Positions 30,125-43,674 of a stretch of 64,000 bases of DNA are shown piece by piece. The first letter of the stretch is position 1; each line of letters begins with the position of its first letter. Origin of the DNA: an uncultured Methanosarcinaceae archaeon. Lineage in GTDB: Archaea; Halobacteriota; Methanosarcinia; Methanosarcinales; Methanosarcinaceae. The stretch covers positions 704,001-768,000 of the forward strand of contig CAWJYV010000010.1 in assembly GCA_963847185.1 (NCBI GenBank). Direction: 5' to 3'. The notes under the pieces were generated by a model, which worked only from the letters and a program-made list of their open reading frames with translations, searched no databases and was not told the DNA's origin. Position numbers and translations under genes: made by a program.

Positions 30125-32605
30125 ATGAGAAATGATATTAGGAATTCTGGAATTGATACTATTGGAAATGTGCCCTGGGGAACACATTTCTGTCAATTTT
30201 ACCAGACAAAAGAAGATTTGATGGATACATTTGTTCCTTATTTGAAAGCAGGACTGGAAAATAACGAGCTTTGCATATGGATTATACCAGAGTTTCTAAG
30301 TGTGGAAGAAGCAAAAAAGTTCCTGAGAAAGACTATTTCTGATATTGATATCTATCTGAAGAAGGGGCAAATTGAGATTACTTCTTCTGACAATTGGCAT
30401 ATAAAAGATGGTGTTTTCGACTTACACAGACCATTAGCCAGCTTGCTTTGCAAAGTAAATCAATCATTAAGCAGTGGTTATGATGGTTTGAGATTGACCG
30501 AGGACATTTTCTGGCTGGGAAGAAAAAACCGGAACGATTTAATTGATTATGAGAGAAGAATGGATTCTGCTACGGATAAATACCCGATAATATCTCTATG
30601 TACTTATTCACTTGAAATGTGCAGTGCAACCGATATAATGGATATTGTTGCAAATCATCAATTTTTTTTGGTTAGGAAAGAAGGAAAGTGGGAGCAGATA
30701 GGCAACTCAGGCAGGAAAAGTACTGCCGAGTGCAAGTTAACTGAGCAGGAGTTGCAGGAGAGTGAAGAGCGTTACAGGATGCTTTTCACAAACATGACCG
30801 ATGGCTTCGGTCTTTTAGAGATTATCTATAACACTGATGGTAAGCCTTGTGACTATCGTTACCTTGAGGTAAACCCTGCTTTTGAGCTCAGTCTGGGTGT
30901 AAAAAGGGAACAGATATTAGGCAGGACTATGCTGGATGTATTCCCAAATGTGAGCCCTATAGCGATTGCAAAGTACGAAGACGTTGCACTCTCAGGAAAG
31001 TCAATTCACTTTGAGATATTTAGCCAAATAACGCACAAATATTTAGACATTTATGCATTCAATCCTGAGAAAGGAAAGCTAGCGCTGATTCTTAGAGATA
31101 TCACAGAACGTAAACTAATAGAGAAAGAGCTGCAAGAAAGTGAGAGAAAATACCGCAATATCATAGAAACAGCCAGCGAAGGTATATGGATAGGTGATTC
31201 AGAATCCAGGACGACATATGTTAATAAAAGAATAGCTGAGGTGTCAGGATATACTCAGGATGAGATGATTGGCAGATATCCATGGGATTTTACTGATGAA
31301 GGAAGTAAGCCAGTTATTAAAAAGAATATTGAAAAAAGACGACAGGGTGTCGATGAAAGCTATGAGTTTAAATTCCTGCGTAAAGACGGCTCTCCAATAT
31401 GGGCAATTGTAAATTCTAAGTCCCTCTTTGACAGCAATGGCAAATTTATCGGCTCCATGAGTATGCTCACAGACATTACCAGGCGAAAAGAAGTAGAGGC
31501 TAAATTGAAAGATACATTAGACAATTTAGAAAACTCAGTCAAAGAACGTACAGCCGAGCTTGAGAAGGCTTACAATTCATTGAAAGAAAGCGAAAAGAGT
31601 CTTGCTGAAGCTCAAAAAATGGCTCATATTGGAAGCTGGGAGTGGGATATTAGAGCTGATAAAGCATACTGGTCTGATGAACTATATCGCATTTTCGGGC
31701 GTGATCCTCAAGAATTAGCACCACCTTATAACGAATATTTAAGTTACATACATCCCGATGATCAAGCTTATTTTGATAATGCTACTAAGAAAGCTGTAAA
31801 TGGAAAACCTTACAGCATTGATTACAGGATTATCCGGGTTGATGGGGAAGAACGCACCATACATATGCAATCATACGTTATTTTTGATGAGGAAAATATC
31901 CCTATTCGAGTAAAAGGAACAATTCAGGATATTACCGAGCGCAAGCAAATGGAGGAAGCACTGCGTCAGAATAAGGTGCTACTTTCTGCTTTTCTCGAAC
32001 AATTGCCGGTAGGTCTTGGACTTGCTGATACCAACGGACACTGGTTGATTACTAACAGCGTTTTACGTCGCTTTATGGGCAAATTTATTCCATCGCTGGA
32101 TCCTGAAAATAGCTGGCGCTGGCGGACTTGGGGAATCGATGGCCGCCTACTTAATCAGTCCGAATGGCCAAGCGTGAGAGCACTGCGAGGAGAGAACATA
32201 ACCCCAGGACTAAATTTCCTGTACACCTCCGACACCGGACTGGAGATATGGACGCGGGTAAGCTCGGTTCCTTTCCGCAACGAAGCTGGAGAGATTGCAG
32301 GTATTATCACCGTCATTCAGGATATTGATGAGCAAAAGAAGGCTGAAGAAACCCTGGCAAAAATAGACAAAATTCGCATAAAAGAAATTCATCACAGAAT
32401 TAAGAACAATCTGCAGGTGATTTCATCCTTACTTGATCTTCAGGCAGAAGAATTCTCTCATATTGAAATTTGCAGGACTCCGGAAGTTGTAGAGGCTTTT
32501 ATGGAAAGCCAGAGCCGAGTAATTTCCATGGCTCTTATTCATGAAGAACTATATAAGGGAGACAAAATTGATACACTTGACTTTGCAGCTTATGTGAAGA
32601 AACTA
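30125..32605 (+). CDS. MEDS-multi-PAS-HisKA_2 sensor histidine kinase, truncated at the junction (no HATPase domain)
   Basis: PWGTHFCQFY (MEDS), four PAS/PAC repeats, KEIHHRIKNNLQVISSLL H-box; archaeal sequence ends at DFAAYVKKL. Confidence 0.9.
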
Positions 32606-32610
32606 CTGCC
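32600..32610. other. Archaeal/bacterial chimeric junction
   Basis: Abrupt switch from AT-rich to very GC-rich DNA at ...AAGAAACTA|CTGCCGCAGG...; genes on both sides are cut mid-domain. Confidence 0.92.
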
Positions 32611-33946
32611 GCAGGATGCGCTGCGCGTCGTAGCGCTCCCGGAAGAAGCGCCGATCCAGCGCATCCATCCAGTGCTGCCGGCGGAACTGCGCGAGGACGG
32701 CGACACCCGAGAGGACGAAGTACGCCAGCGCCCGCGCGGCCACCACGTCCTGCATCGCCTCGTCACGATGGACGTAGAGGTCCACCGCCATGCTGAGAAG
32801 CAGCAGCGGCACGAGCGACAGGAGCAGCCGTCGCGCGAGGGTGTACTGCACGCCGCGGCGCACGATCAGCCGGACGTCGAAGAGCCGGTGCCGAAGAATC
32901 GCGTAGGCGAACGACACGGGGACCGCCAGGAGGAGCGGGAACAGCCAGCCCATGGCGGTCGGGAGAAAGAGGCTGGCCGAATCGCTGAACCACCAGCCGA
33001 CGAACACGGCGGTCCCGGGGACGCATCCAAAGCCGCCGCCGGTGAGCAGGACACGAAGGCGCCGCTTCTCCGTCGCGTCCTGCAGGTGCCGATAGCTCCA
33101 GACAGCCGACACCACGGTGGCCATCACGTAGAGCATCGACACGCCCACCAGGATCGAGAAGCCATCCCAGGCGGCAAACGAGGCCGGCGGACGGTAAACG
33201 GTCAGCGCGCGGTAGCGGATGAACGGGACGGCGCCGAGGATGGGCAGCCACAACGCGGCGAGGTGGGTCGTCCGGTGGACGCGGCGCACGGGAAAGAGCA
33301 GGAAGAACGTGAGGAGCAGCGGGCCGAGGACGAGCGAACTGACGAACGGCACCCAGAGGACCAGGCCGGCCGGCCACCACACAGCGCGCCAGACCGCGGC
33401 GAACCGGTACGGCATCGTGACGCAGAAGACGCCCACGGCGCCGAGGAGCCAGGCGCCGACGCGGGCCACCGGGTCGTACGGCCGGCGGTACAGCACGAGG
33501 ATGCCGACGCCCAGCGTCACGAACTGGACGACGCGGACGAGGGCCAGGTCGATCCCTTCGCGCGACAACCAGCGCGACGAGCGCTCCGGCGCGAAGACCA
33601 GCGCCAGCTGCATCGGCACCCCGTTCCGGCGTATGTCGATCCGGACTGGCTGGCCGATCGCCGCGTTCATCGTCAGCGCTTCCCAGTCGAGCTTTGCCTC
33701 CCACGTCGCCTGGCCATCGCCGATCGCCTGCCCGTCGATGCCCGTAATCTCGTCGCCCGCCCGGAAACCCGCTCGCCCCGTCGCGCTCCCCGGGGCCACC
33801 GCTTTCGCCACCAGGCGCGGCCCGAAGTCGAACGTTACCCCTTCCGGCTCCGGCCGCCGCGCGTCGCAGTCGACGAGCAGCGCGAAGTAGGCGAGAAACG
33901 GCACGATGCAGGCGAAGGCCCACCACGGGGCCCGTCGGCCGGACAT
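32606..33946 (-). CDS. PDZ-domain multi-TM signalling protein, C-terminally truncated at the junction
   Basis: VAPGS...AGFRAGDEITGIDG (PDZ), several TM helices, FAYAILRHRLFDV, LDRRFFRERYDA; the apparent TAG comes from the archaeal side. Confidence 0.75.
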
Positions 33947-34046
33947 AGGTGTCGTGACGGAAAGGACAGTTCGCCGCGAGGTCTCGCCCGCGTATTATAA
34001 TCGGCGTTTTCCCGTCACCCTCCGAAACCACCCAGGGAGCGAGCGC

Positions 34047-34688
34047 GTGGACCTGATCGAGCAGTTCTTCAAGACCGTCTACAACGTGCCGTTGCTGATC
34101 AAGCTGGTCGGGTTCCCTGGCCTGATGGTCATCGTGTTCGCGGAAACCGGCTTGATGGTCGGGTTCTTCCTGCCGGGCGACTCGCTGCTCGTGACGGCCG
34201 GCGTCTTCGCCGCGAAGGGATGGCTGAACATCTACTGGCTGATCCCGGTCCTGATGCTCTGCGGCGGTCGCGGGCAACACCACCGGGTATCTGATCGGCC
34301 GCAAGGCCGGCCACGCGCTCTACAGCCGGCGCAACTCTTCTTCTTCCGCCGCGAGCACTTGATCCGGACGCACGAGTTCTACGAGCGCCACGGAGGCAAG
34401 ACCATCATCCTGGCGCAGTTCATGCCGATCGTCCGCACATTCGCGCCGGTGGTCGCGGGCGCCGCGGAAATGCCCTACCGGCGGTTCGCCACCTTCAACG
34501 TGATCGGGGCGGTGCTCTGGATCAATTCGATGCTGTTGACCGGGTTCTTCCTGGTGCGGTTCTTCCCCGTGCTGGAAGAGCGGATCGACCTCGTCGTCGC
34601 GGTGGTGATCTTCCTGTCCCTGTCACCGGCCATCATCGCGTGGGCGAAATCGAGGCTGGGACCGAAGACGGTGGAGGCGGGAACCTAG
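34047..34688 (+). CDS. dedA: DedA/VTT family membrane protein (two compensating indels at ~34265-34340)
   Basis: FAETGLMVGFFLPGDSLL, FYERHGGKTIILAQFMPIVRTFAPVVAG. Confidence 0.9.
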   Translation: MDLIEQFFKTVYNVPLLIKLVGFPGLMVIVFAETGLMVGFFLPGDSLLVTAGVFAAKGWLNIYWLIPVLMLCGGRGQHHRVSDRPQGRPRALQPAQLFFFRREHLIRTHEFYERHGGKTIILAQFMPIVRTFAPVVAGAAEMPYRRFATFNVIGAVLWINSMLLTGFFLVRFFPVLEERIDLVVAVVIFLSLSPAIIAWAKSRLGPKTVEAGT

Positions 34689-34726
34689 AAGCGAGAAACC
34701 GGAGGACCCTTCGCTCTTGCTTCCCC

Positions 34727-34759
<33 letters not shown>

Positions 34760-35151
34760 TCACTGTCCTTCCCGCGCCGCCCCGGATGAGCGCTTCCATG
34801 TGATCGAGGTAGCGCTCAGCGCGCGCCGGCCGGGCGCCGTAGCCGGTACTCGGTCTTCGGCAGGCGGCCCTCGAACGACTTGGCGCAGTCGACGTAGCCC
34901 GCTTCCTCGAGCTTGCGCGCGTGGACGCTCAGGTTGCCGTCGGTGGTGCGCAGCAGCGCCTTGAGATCGTTGAACGACAGCGAGTCGTTCACGGCCAGCG
35001 CGCTCACGATGCCCAGGCGGATCCGCTCGTGGATGAGGCGATCGAGGTCGGGCGCAACGACGTCCGGCCGCGCGCGAACCGGTCGTGGCTCCTCTTTCGC
35101 CGGCCTGTGCGGCCGGCCCTCGCGCTCGCGGACGAGTGCTGTCTTACCCAC
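34760..35151 (-). CDS. Winged-helix transcriptional regulator (frameshift near the 3' end)
   Basis: [18 protein letters not shown]...[18 protein letters not shown]...[12 protein letters not shown]. Confidence 0.82.
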
Positions 35152-35765
35152 CGTACTCGCCGCGATAATCACGCCGAACACGATGTGGACGACGCCAAAG
35201 CCGGCGGCCATGAGCCAGCCACCCCAGGAAGGGGGCGCGGCGAGGGCCACCGCTCCGAGCGCCATCAAGCAGCCGCCCATGACCGGAACCACTTTCACCG
35301 ACGCCGACCCGCTGCTCACCACGCCGGTGCCGAACAACAGCAGCCAGACGCCGGGCAGCCACCCGAACACCGGCCGGAGCCGGCCAGCGCAACGTCAGGA
35401 GCGCGCCGGACACGAGCGGCGGGCAGGAACCCGAGCGCGAACTTGCGGCCGGGGCCCGACAACAGCGGGACGCCGGCCCGCCGTGCCTTCCGCCACATCG
35501 CCACCCACGCGACGACAGCCCCGAGCGCCGCGGTGACGAGCCAGACGGCGAGCTCCGCCTCGGCGAGGCCTGACGACCGGCCCGAACGCGGCCACGAGAC
35601 CGACAACGCCCACCGCCACCTGGCCTCTCCCGGAGACGGCGGTAAAGCGCCCGCCCGCTCCATCGTCTCGCGGATGAACCGGAGATGGTCCAGCGCGTGG
35701 TCGTGGATCTGACGGGGAGCGCGTCGCACCGGCGGCAGGCGCTGCGGCAACGGGGCGAGGGACAT
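35144..35765 (-). CDS. Membrane protein paired with the winged-helix regulator (frameshifted)
   Basis: [42 protein letters not shown] spread over several frames. Confidence 0.7.
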
Positions 35766-35797
35766 CCTGCAGTACAGGTAGCAAGCGACGGGAGCTG

Positions 35798-36451
35798 TCA
35801 AGCGCTTTGCCGGGCCAAGCCAGCCGGCCGGCGCCGCGTCCAGCGCGACCGCGCCACGCGCGGCGAAGAGCCCGAGGCAGCAGGCCGCGTAGAGCGCGGC
35901 CGGCGCACGTCGGCCTTGCACGAGCCACCAGTAGTGCACCACGCCGGCCGACGCCGGCCACGTAGACGAGCCGGTGCAGGCGCCTGCCAGCGCCGCCCGC
36001 CCAGCCGGCGGATCATGCCGCTGGTGGAGGTGAGCGCGAGCGGCACCAGCAGCGACGAACGCGGTGAAGCCGACCGTGATGAACGGCCGCTTGCGATGTC
36101 GGTCGAGGATGGCCGGCAAGTCGAAGAACTGGTCGAACCAGACGTAGGTGAGCAGGTGCAGGCAGGCGTAGAAGAACGCGAACAGCCCGAGCATGCGCCG
36201 GAAGCGGATGAGCGCGTTCCAGCCGGTCAGCCGCGCGCAGCGGCGTCATGGCGAGCGTGAGCAGCAGGAACCGCAGCGTCCAGTCGCCGGTGCCGTGCGG
36301 TGACCGCCTCGATCGGGTTCGCGCCGAGGTGCCGCCGGCGCGCCGGCCAGCAGCCACGCAGCCGAGCCGCAGCCGGCGCCAGCGGCCAGCAGCGAACCAC
36401 GGACGGCTTCGAGCGAGCGAACCGCGGCTCGACGCTCGCCGCCGGCCGGCC

Positions 36452-36453
<2 letters not shown>
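35798..36453 (-). CDS. msrQ: Methionine sulfoxide reductase heme-binding membrane subunit MsrQ (frameshifted)
   Basis: TGDWTLRFLLLTLAMTPL, RRMLGLFAFFYACLHLLTY, KRPFITVGF, PLALTST; follows msrP. Confidence 0.85.
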
Positions 36454-37418
<965 letters not shown>

Positions 37419-37468
37419 GTCGCCCTCTGGGGCCTGATGCAACAACCCCCGGCATCCGCCCGTATTCC

Positions 37469-37565
37469 TCACCAAATCCCCCAGTCAAAATCACGAATCA
37501 CCAAATCACCATCCAAATCCCCCAGTCACTCAAATCGCAAATCACCAAATCACCAAATCACGCAA
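37469..37565. repeat. Degenerate 8-bp repeat (CACCAAAT-like)
   Basis: AT-richer repeat tract between msrP and the beta-helix gene. Confidence 0.7.
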
Positions 37566-37571
37566 TGGAAT

Positions 37572-39153
37572 TCACTTGATCCGCTGTCGCCGGGTTGCGT
37601 TCGCGGTCGCGGTCGAGCGCGGCGACTCCGGCACGTCCCCGCCTGGGCGGCACGCCAGGCCCGGTTCACTTCGTCGATGTCCGCCCCGGCCGATGCTTGG
37701 CCGTCCGCCGAGGCGTTGGAACCCTGCAGGTGGAAATCGCCGTCCGAAGGGTTGACGAACGACCGGTCGAAGGCGGCCGGCGACGGGAAGCTGTTGTCGG
37801 GCGGGTAGAGGCCGGCGGCGCCGCCGCCGATCACGTTCCGCGGTGAACACAGCCGCCGGGGAAGTACGGCGGTGAGCGTGTCGTTACCCACCCCCGGTCG
37901 CTCCCGTGGACACCGTAGGCGTTGTGCCGCACGAGGTTGAACCTGAACACGAACCCCCGCACCACCTCAGGCTGGTTCGCGGACCCGCCGTAGGCAGAGA
38001 CGATGTTGCCCGATTGCAGGACGGTATTGTGCTCGACTTGCACGTTCAGCGGCCCGTCGCCAATCAGGAGGAACTCGCCGTTCCCTCCCCAGCTCGAATC
38101 GACGTCGTACAGCAAGTTGTTCGAAATCTCGATCCCCTTTGCCTGGCCGCTGGGGTGGGGGCTGTCGCGTCCGAGCAGGTTGACGGCGGCGGCGACGTGC
38201 CGGACCACGTTATATCGAAAGTGGACGTCCTCGACCGTGGACCACGGCGCCTGGCCGTCCTGGTTTCGCGGCGTGAAGAGGATGGCGTACCCGGACTGCG
38301 CGCCGCGCCAGTTGTTCTCGAACAGGTTGCCGTCAATCCAGACGTTGCGCGCGTTCTTCAGCTCGAAGAGGTTCTTCACCTGCCAGGCTTCGCCACGCCA
38401 GGAGGCGGGACGCGTGACATGGTTGCCGACGAACCGGACGTCGCTCGGCACGAGGCCCGAAATCGCCGGGTCCGCGCCGCCGAGCAGGAAGACCTCACCT
38501 GCCGCTTCCAGGTAGTTGTTGAGGATGCGGTACGGCCCAGGTCCGTTCCATCCCGCAATCGCCTGGCTGTCCTGGCCGACCGCTTTGATGTCCGCGATCC
38601 AGGAGTTCTGGATGACGGTTTGGCCGCTGTTGAGCGCGATGCCTCGCTTTTGTCCCGCGCGAGGGTCGCCGTGGATGTAGCAGCGGTCGAGGACCAGGTC
38701 GCGAGGAACCGAACCAGCGAGGATTGAGCGGAGCCGCCGTCGCCGAGGCGGATGATGTCGCCCGCCCCCCCGGCGTTGGCGAGAAACTCGACCAGCACGA
38801 GGCGCCAGCCGCGCGCTCCCGGGGCCGTCCGCAGGGCGGCCTCGCCGTTGGGCGATCGCAGCTTCGGCAGGAGATCCGACACGTCCGGTCGAACACGGGC
38901 CATCTCAGCCGGCAAACGGGCATCGGTCGCCGAGCTTCGGATGGTGATGGGATCGCCGGACGCCGCCTTGGCGGGCAGGACGTAGTTGCCCGACAAACGT
39001 CGCGCCAGCCTCGAGCAGGATGACATCGCCGCCGCGTGCCTGGTCCAGCGCCGCCTGCAGGTCGCCGCCCGCCCGCACCAGGACCGTCGCGCCGGCGGAC
39101 GAGCCAGCGTGCAGCAAGCTGGCGAACGACAGCATGACCAGCAGCCGGTTCAT
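37572..39153 (-). CDS. Secreted right-handed beta-helix (pectin-lyase-like) protein (frameshifted)
   Basis: Signal peptide, GGDLQAALDQARGGDVILL, KNLFELKNARNVWIDGNLFENNW, repeated N-rich coils. Confidence 0.75.
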
Positions 39154-39175
39154 GCAGGCCTGAAAGGCGCGCAGC

Positions 39176-39481
39176 TTAAGTCGTCCTCCTGACGGCTGCT
39201 GCCAAGCCCAGCAGCAATCCGCCGACAACAACAAGCGTCAACGTGTCGGGAAGGGGCCCAAAAGTTCCGCGCCGCATCGGCACCGCGATCCTCGGGCCGG
39301 TTCCGGCCGCGCTTTCGGCCGCGGTCGCCGCAGCCACGGTGTACTCCGCACGCGCGGTTTGCGTGTCCTTGCGTTCCTGTTGTTTGCCCATCGCCACGGC
39401 CGTCCCCGCCGCCGCGATCGCCACCACGGCAAGGATGCCAACCGCCAGCCTTAGCTTCGACAAGATCGATCTCCTCCGCAC
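39176..39481 (-). CDS. Small secreted protein with a PEP-CTERM-like C-terminal sorting signal
   Basis: Signal peptide and a PLPDTLTLVVVGGLLLGLAAAVRRTT tail (Pro motif, TM helix, basic end). Confidence 0.65.
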   Translation of the reverse strand: MRRRSILSKLRLAVGILAVVAIAAAGTAVAMGKQQERKDTQTARAEYTVAAATAAESAAGTGPRIAVPMRRGTFGPLPDTLTLVVVGGLLLGLAAAVRRTT

Positions 39482-39600
39482 CGGCTTGCCGTGATCCTGA
39501 AGAGAACGCTCCGCGCAACCGTTGCAGGATTACTGGTTCGCCTCAGACGGCCAGCCCGGCCACGAACTTGCACCGCGTCTGTGTCGCCGGCCCTCGGAAC

Positions 39601-39616
39601 TTCAAGGGTCGTGCCA
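39601..39616 (-). promoter_or_regulatory. Sigma-54 (-24/-12) promoter candidate
   Basis: Minus strand TGGCACGACCCTTGAA against consensus TGGCACG-N4-TTGC. Confidence 0.55.
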
Positions 39617-39813
39617 CGGGGGCACCATCAAATCGCCGTCGTTCGGTGCGGTATCGAGCCTCGAGGTGACAGCACTGCAAGGAGTTTCCCTCGATCGCAC
39701 CTCGAGGGGACCAAGGTGGGCACAACCGGCGGCCGTGGGGATCGGCCGTCGAGGGTGCCCGCGCCTCGCGTGCTACGATCGTTTTGGGCGTCCGTTCCTG
39801 AGACAGTCGCTGT

Positions 39814-40526
39814 ATGACCGACCATCGCGATCATCTGGCAAAGCTGTTGTCGCTCGGCGTGCACGAGTTCCGCACCCCGGTGTCCGTCGTCTCGGGCTAC
39901 CTGCGCATGATCCTGCGGCACTTCGGTGACAACCTCACCGAGCAGCAGCGGAAACTGCTCCAGGACGCGGAGAAATCGTGCGGGAACCTGACCCTGCTGA
40001 TCGGAGAGATGAGCGACCTGGCGCAGATCGAGGACGGGCGCATCGGCCTCCGGCGCGATCCGATCCCGTTGTTCGCGCTGCTCAAGCAGGTGGCCGACGG
40101 TGTGCATGAGGCACAGGATCGCGGTGTGGTCCTGTCCGTGCGCGACGAAGGCCTCGAGGCGGTCGTCACCGGCGACCGCGAGAAGCTTCGCTCGGCGCTC
40201 ACGTCGCTGCTGACCGCCGCGCTGCGCGAGCGGTCGGAGCCGGGAGCGCTGGTCGCCGCCTGCGCCCGGGTGCGAGGCCCGGAGGGCGAGTCGGCGGTGA
40301 TTGCCATCGCCGACGGAAGCGACGCGGAGCGGCTCGCGACGCTCACCGGCGACACGCAAACCGGCGACACGTTCGATCAATACCGGGGCGGCATGGGCTT
40401 CAAGCTGGCGATCGCCGCACGCATCGTGGAGGCCCTCGGCGGGCGCGTGTCGTCGCCCGTCGCCGCTCGCGGCCGCCTGTCCATCGTCCTCTCGCTGCCC
40501 CTGGCGGCGGAACCGGAGAACGCAGC

Positions 40527-40530
<4 letters not shown>
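39814..40530 (+). CDS. Sensorless HisKA protein with a degenerate ATPase domain
   Basis: VHEFRTPVSVVSGY H-box; N-box lacks Asn (ALTSLLTAALRE); GMGFKLAIAARIVEALGG G2 remnant. Confidence 0.8.
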
Positions 40531-42065
<1,535 letters not shown>

Positions 42066-42179
42066 AAGCCTTTCCGTTTGTGAGCACGCCGCTGCCCGCG
42101 CCAGCGCGACCGTCGGGCGCGGCGTGCGACCCTCCTTCCGTTTTCCTTCCAACAATTTCCACTTGCCGCCGATGAGCCG

Positions 42180-42195
42180 TGGCACCGGCCTTGCT
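42180..42195 (+). promoter_or_regulatory. Sigma-54 promoter of the regulator 2/EPS operon
   Basis: TGGCACCGGCCTTGCT, near-perfect -24/-12 consensus ending 33 nt before the ATG at 42229. Confidence 0.8.
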
Positions 42196-42228
42196 GACCT
42201 GTGATCCAGTTCAGGTGAAGCGAGTTCG

Positions 42229-43674
42229 ATGAACGAGTCATTTCCGGAGGTGCTCGTGGTCGGCGATGACGAGGCTGCTCGTGGCCTCGTGTCAGCGATT
42301 GTCGAGCGGCAGGGCTACCGCGCCATCGGCGTGTCCGAAGGGCGTGAAGCCCTCGCCCGCGTCGAGTCGGACCACCCCTCGGCGATCATCCTCGACGTCG
42401 GCATGCCGAGCGTCGAGGGTCTGGCGACGCTCGGGGCGATGAAGCAGCTCGATCGCGACATCCCGGTCATCGTGGTCTCGGGCGGCGCCGACACGACGAC
42501 TGTGGTCCAGGCGATGCGGCTCGGCGCGGCCGACTTCGTCTGCAAGCCGCTGAACGACGAGGTGCTGAAGAAGCCGCTCGCCCACGCCCTCCGACAGCGC
42601 GCCCTCGCCGCCGAGCTCGCGGCGTTGCGCACGCAGATTCAGCTGCAGCCTTCGCACCGCTTCCTCCTCGGCACCAACGGACGCGTGGCCGAGGTCCGCC
42701 GGCTCATCGATCGCGTCGCGGACACGGACGTGACGGTGCTGATTCGCGGCGAGAGCGGCACTGGGAAGGAACTGGTCGCGCGCGCGATTCACACCAGCTC
42801 CTCGCGGCGCGACCACCCGCTCGTGAAAGTCAATTGCGCGGCGCTGCCCACCGAGCTGCTCGAATCCGAACTGTTCGGTTACGAGCGTGGCGCCTTCACC
42901 GGCGCGATCCAGCAGAAGCCCGGGAAGTTCGAATTCGCCAACCACGGAACAATGTTTCTGGACGAGATTGGCGAGGTCCCTCCCACGTTGCAGGCAAAGC
43001 TATTGCAGGTGCTTCAGGACGGGGAATTCTCGCGTCTCGGAGGCAAGTCGGATCTCCGCGTGGATGCGCGGATCGTGGCGGCAACCAACCGGGACCTCGA
43101 GCAGGCCGTGGCCTTGGGCCAGTTTCGTGAGGATCTCCTCTTCCGCCTGAACGTGGTGACGATCGCGCTGCCGCCGCTGCGGGAGCGGCGCGAGGACATC
43201 GCGGCCTTCACCGAGTACTTCCTCAAGAAGTTCTCCGTGCACTACAACAAGCCGCGGCCCTCGCTCTCGGCGGATACGCGCGAACTCATGGAGAAGTACG
43301 AGTGGCCAGGCAACGTCCGCGAGCTGGAGAACATGGTGCGGCGCCTCATCATCCTCGGCAGCGAGGCGCCGATCCAGCGCGAGCTTGCGCGGGGCGTGCC
43401 GCGCCCGGTTCCCCCCATCCCGGCCATGCCCGCACTCCCGAGCACCACCCCGGCCTCGCCCGACCAACCCGACGCCGAGCCGGCGCACGGGGTGGGTCTC
43501 AAAGAGATTGCGCGGACGGCGGCGCGCGACGCCGAGCGGGTGGCGATCGAAGCGATGCTGCGGCGCACGCGCTGGAACCGCAAAGAGGCCGCGGAAATCC
43601 TCGGCATCAGCTACAAGGCGCTCCTCTACAAGATCAAGGAGACCGGGCTCGACAAGAACCCGTTTACGCCATGA
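42229..43674 (+). CDS. Sigma-54-dependent response regulator 2 (NtrC family)
   Basis: REC, GESGTGKE, ESELFGYERGAFTGA, FLDEIGE, HTH. Confidence 0.93.
   Translation: MNESFPEVLVVGDDEAARGLVSAIVERQGYRAIGVSEGREALARVESDHPSAIILDVGMPSVEGLATLGAMKQLDRDIPVIVVSGGADTTTVVQAMRLGAADFVCKPLNDEVLKKPLAHALRQRALAAELAALRTQIQLQPSHRFLLGTNGRVAEVRRLIDRVADTDVTVLIRGESGTGKELVARAIHTSSSRRDHPLVKVNCAALPTELLESELFGYERGAFTGAIQQKPGKFEFANHGTMFLDEIGEVPPTLQAKLLQVLQDGEFSRLGGKSDLRVDARIVAATNRDLEQAVALGQFREDLLFRLNVVTIALPPLRERREDIAAFTEYFLKKFSVHYNKPRPSLSADTRELMEKYEWPGNVRELENMVRRLIILGSEAPIQRELARGVPRPVPPIPAMPALPSTTPASPDQPDAEPAHGVGLKEIARTAARDAERVAIEAMLRRTRWNRKEAAEILGISYKALLYKIKETGLDKNPFTP

Noticed and set aside
30125-34000. 1291-aa novel kinase fusion protein
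   Set aside because: The last ~465 codons are the antisense shadow of a GC-rich bacterial gene beyond the junction.
39557-39572. Plus-strand sigma-54 promoter CGGCCACGAACTTGCA
   Set aside because: GG-N10-GC spacing is right, but the -24 match is weak and it is ~240 nt from the next gene; not enough support.
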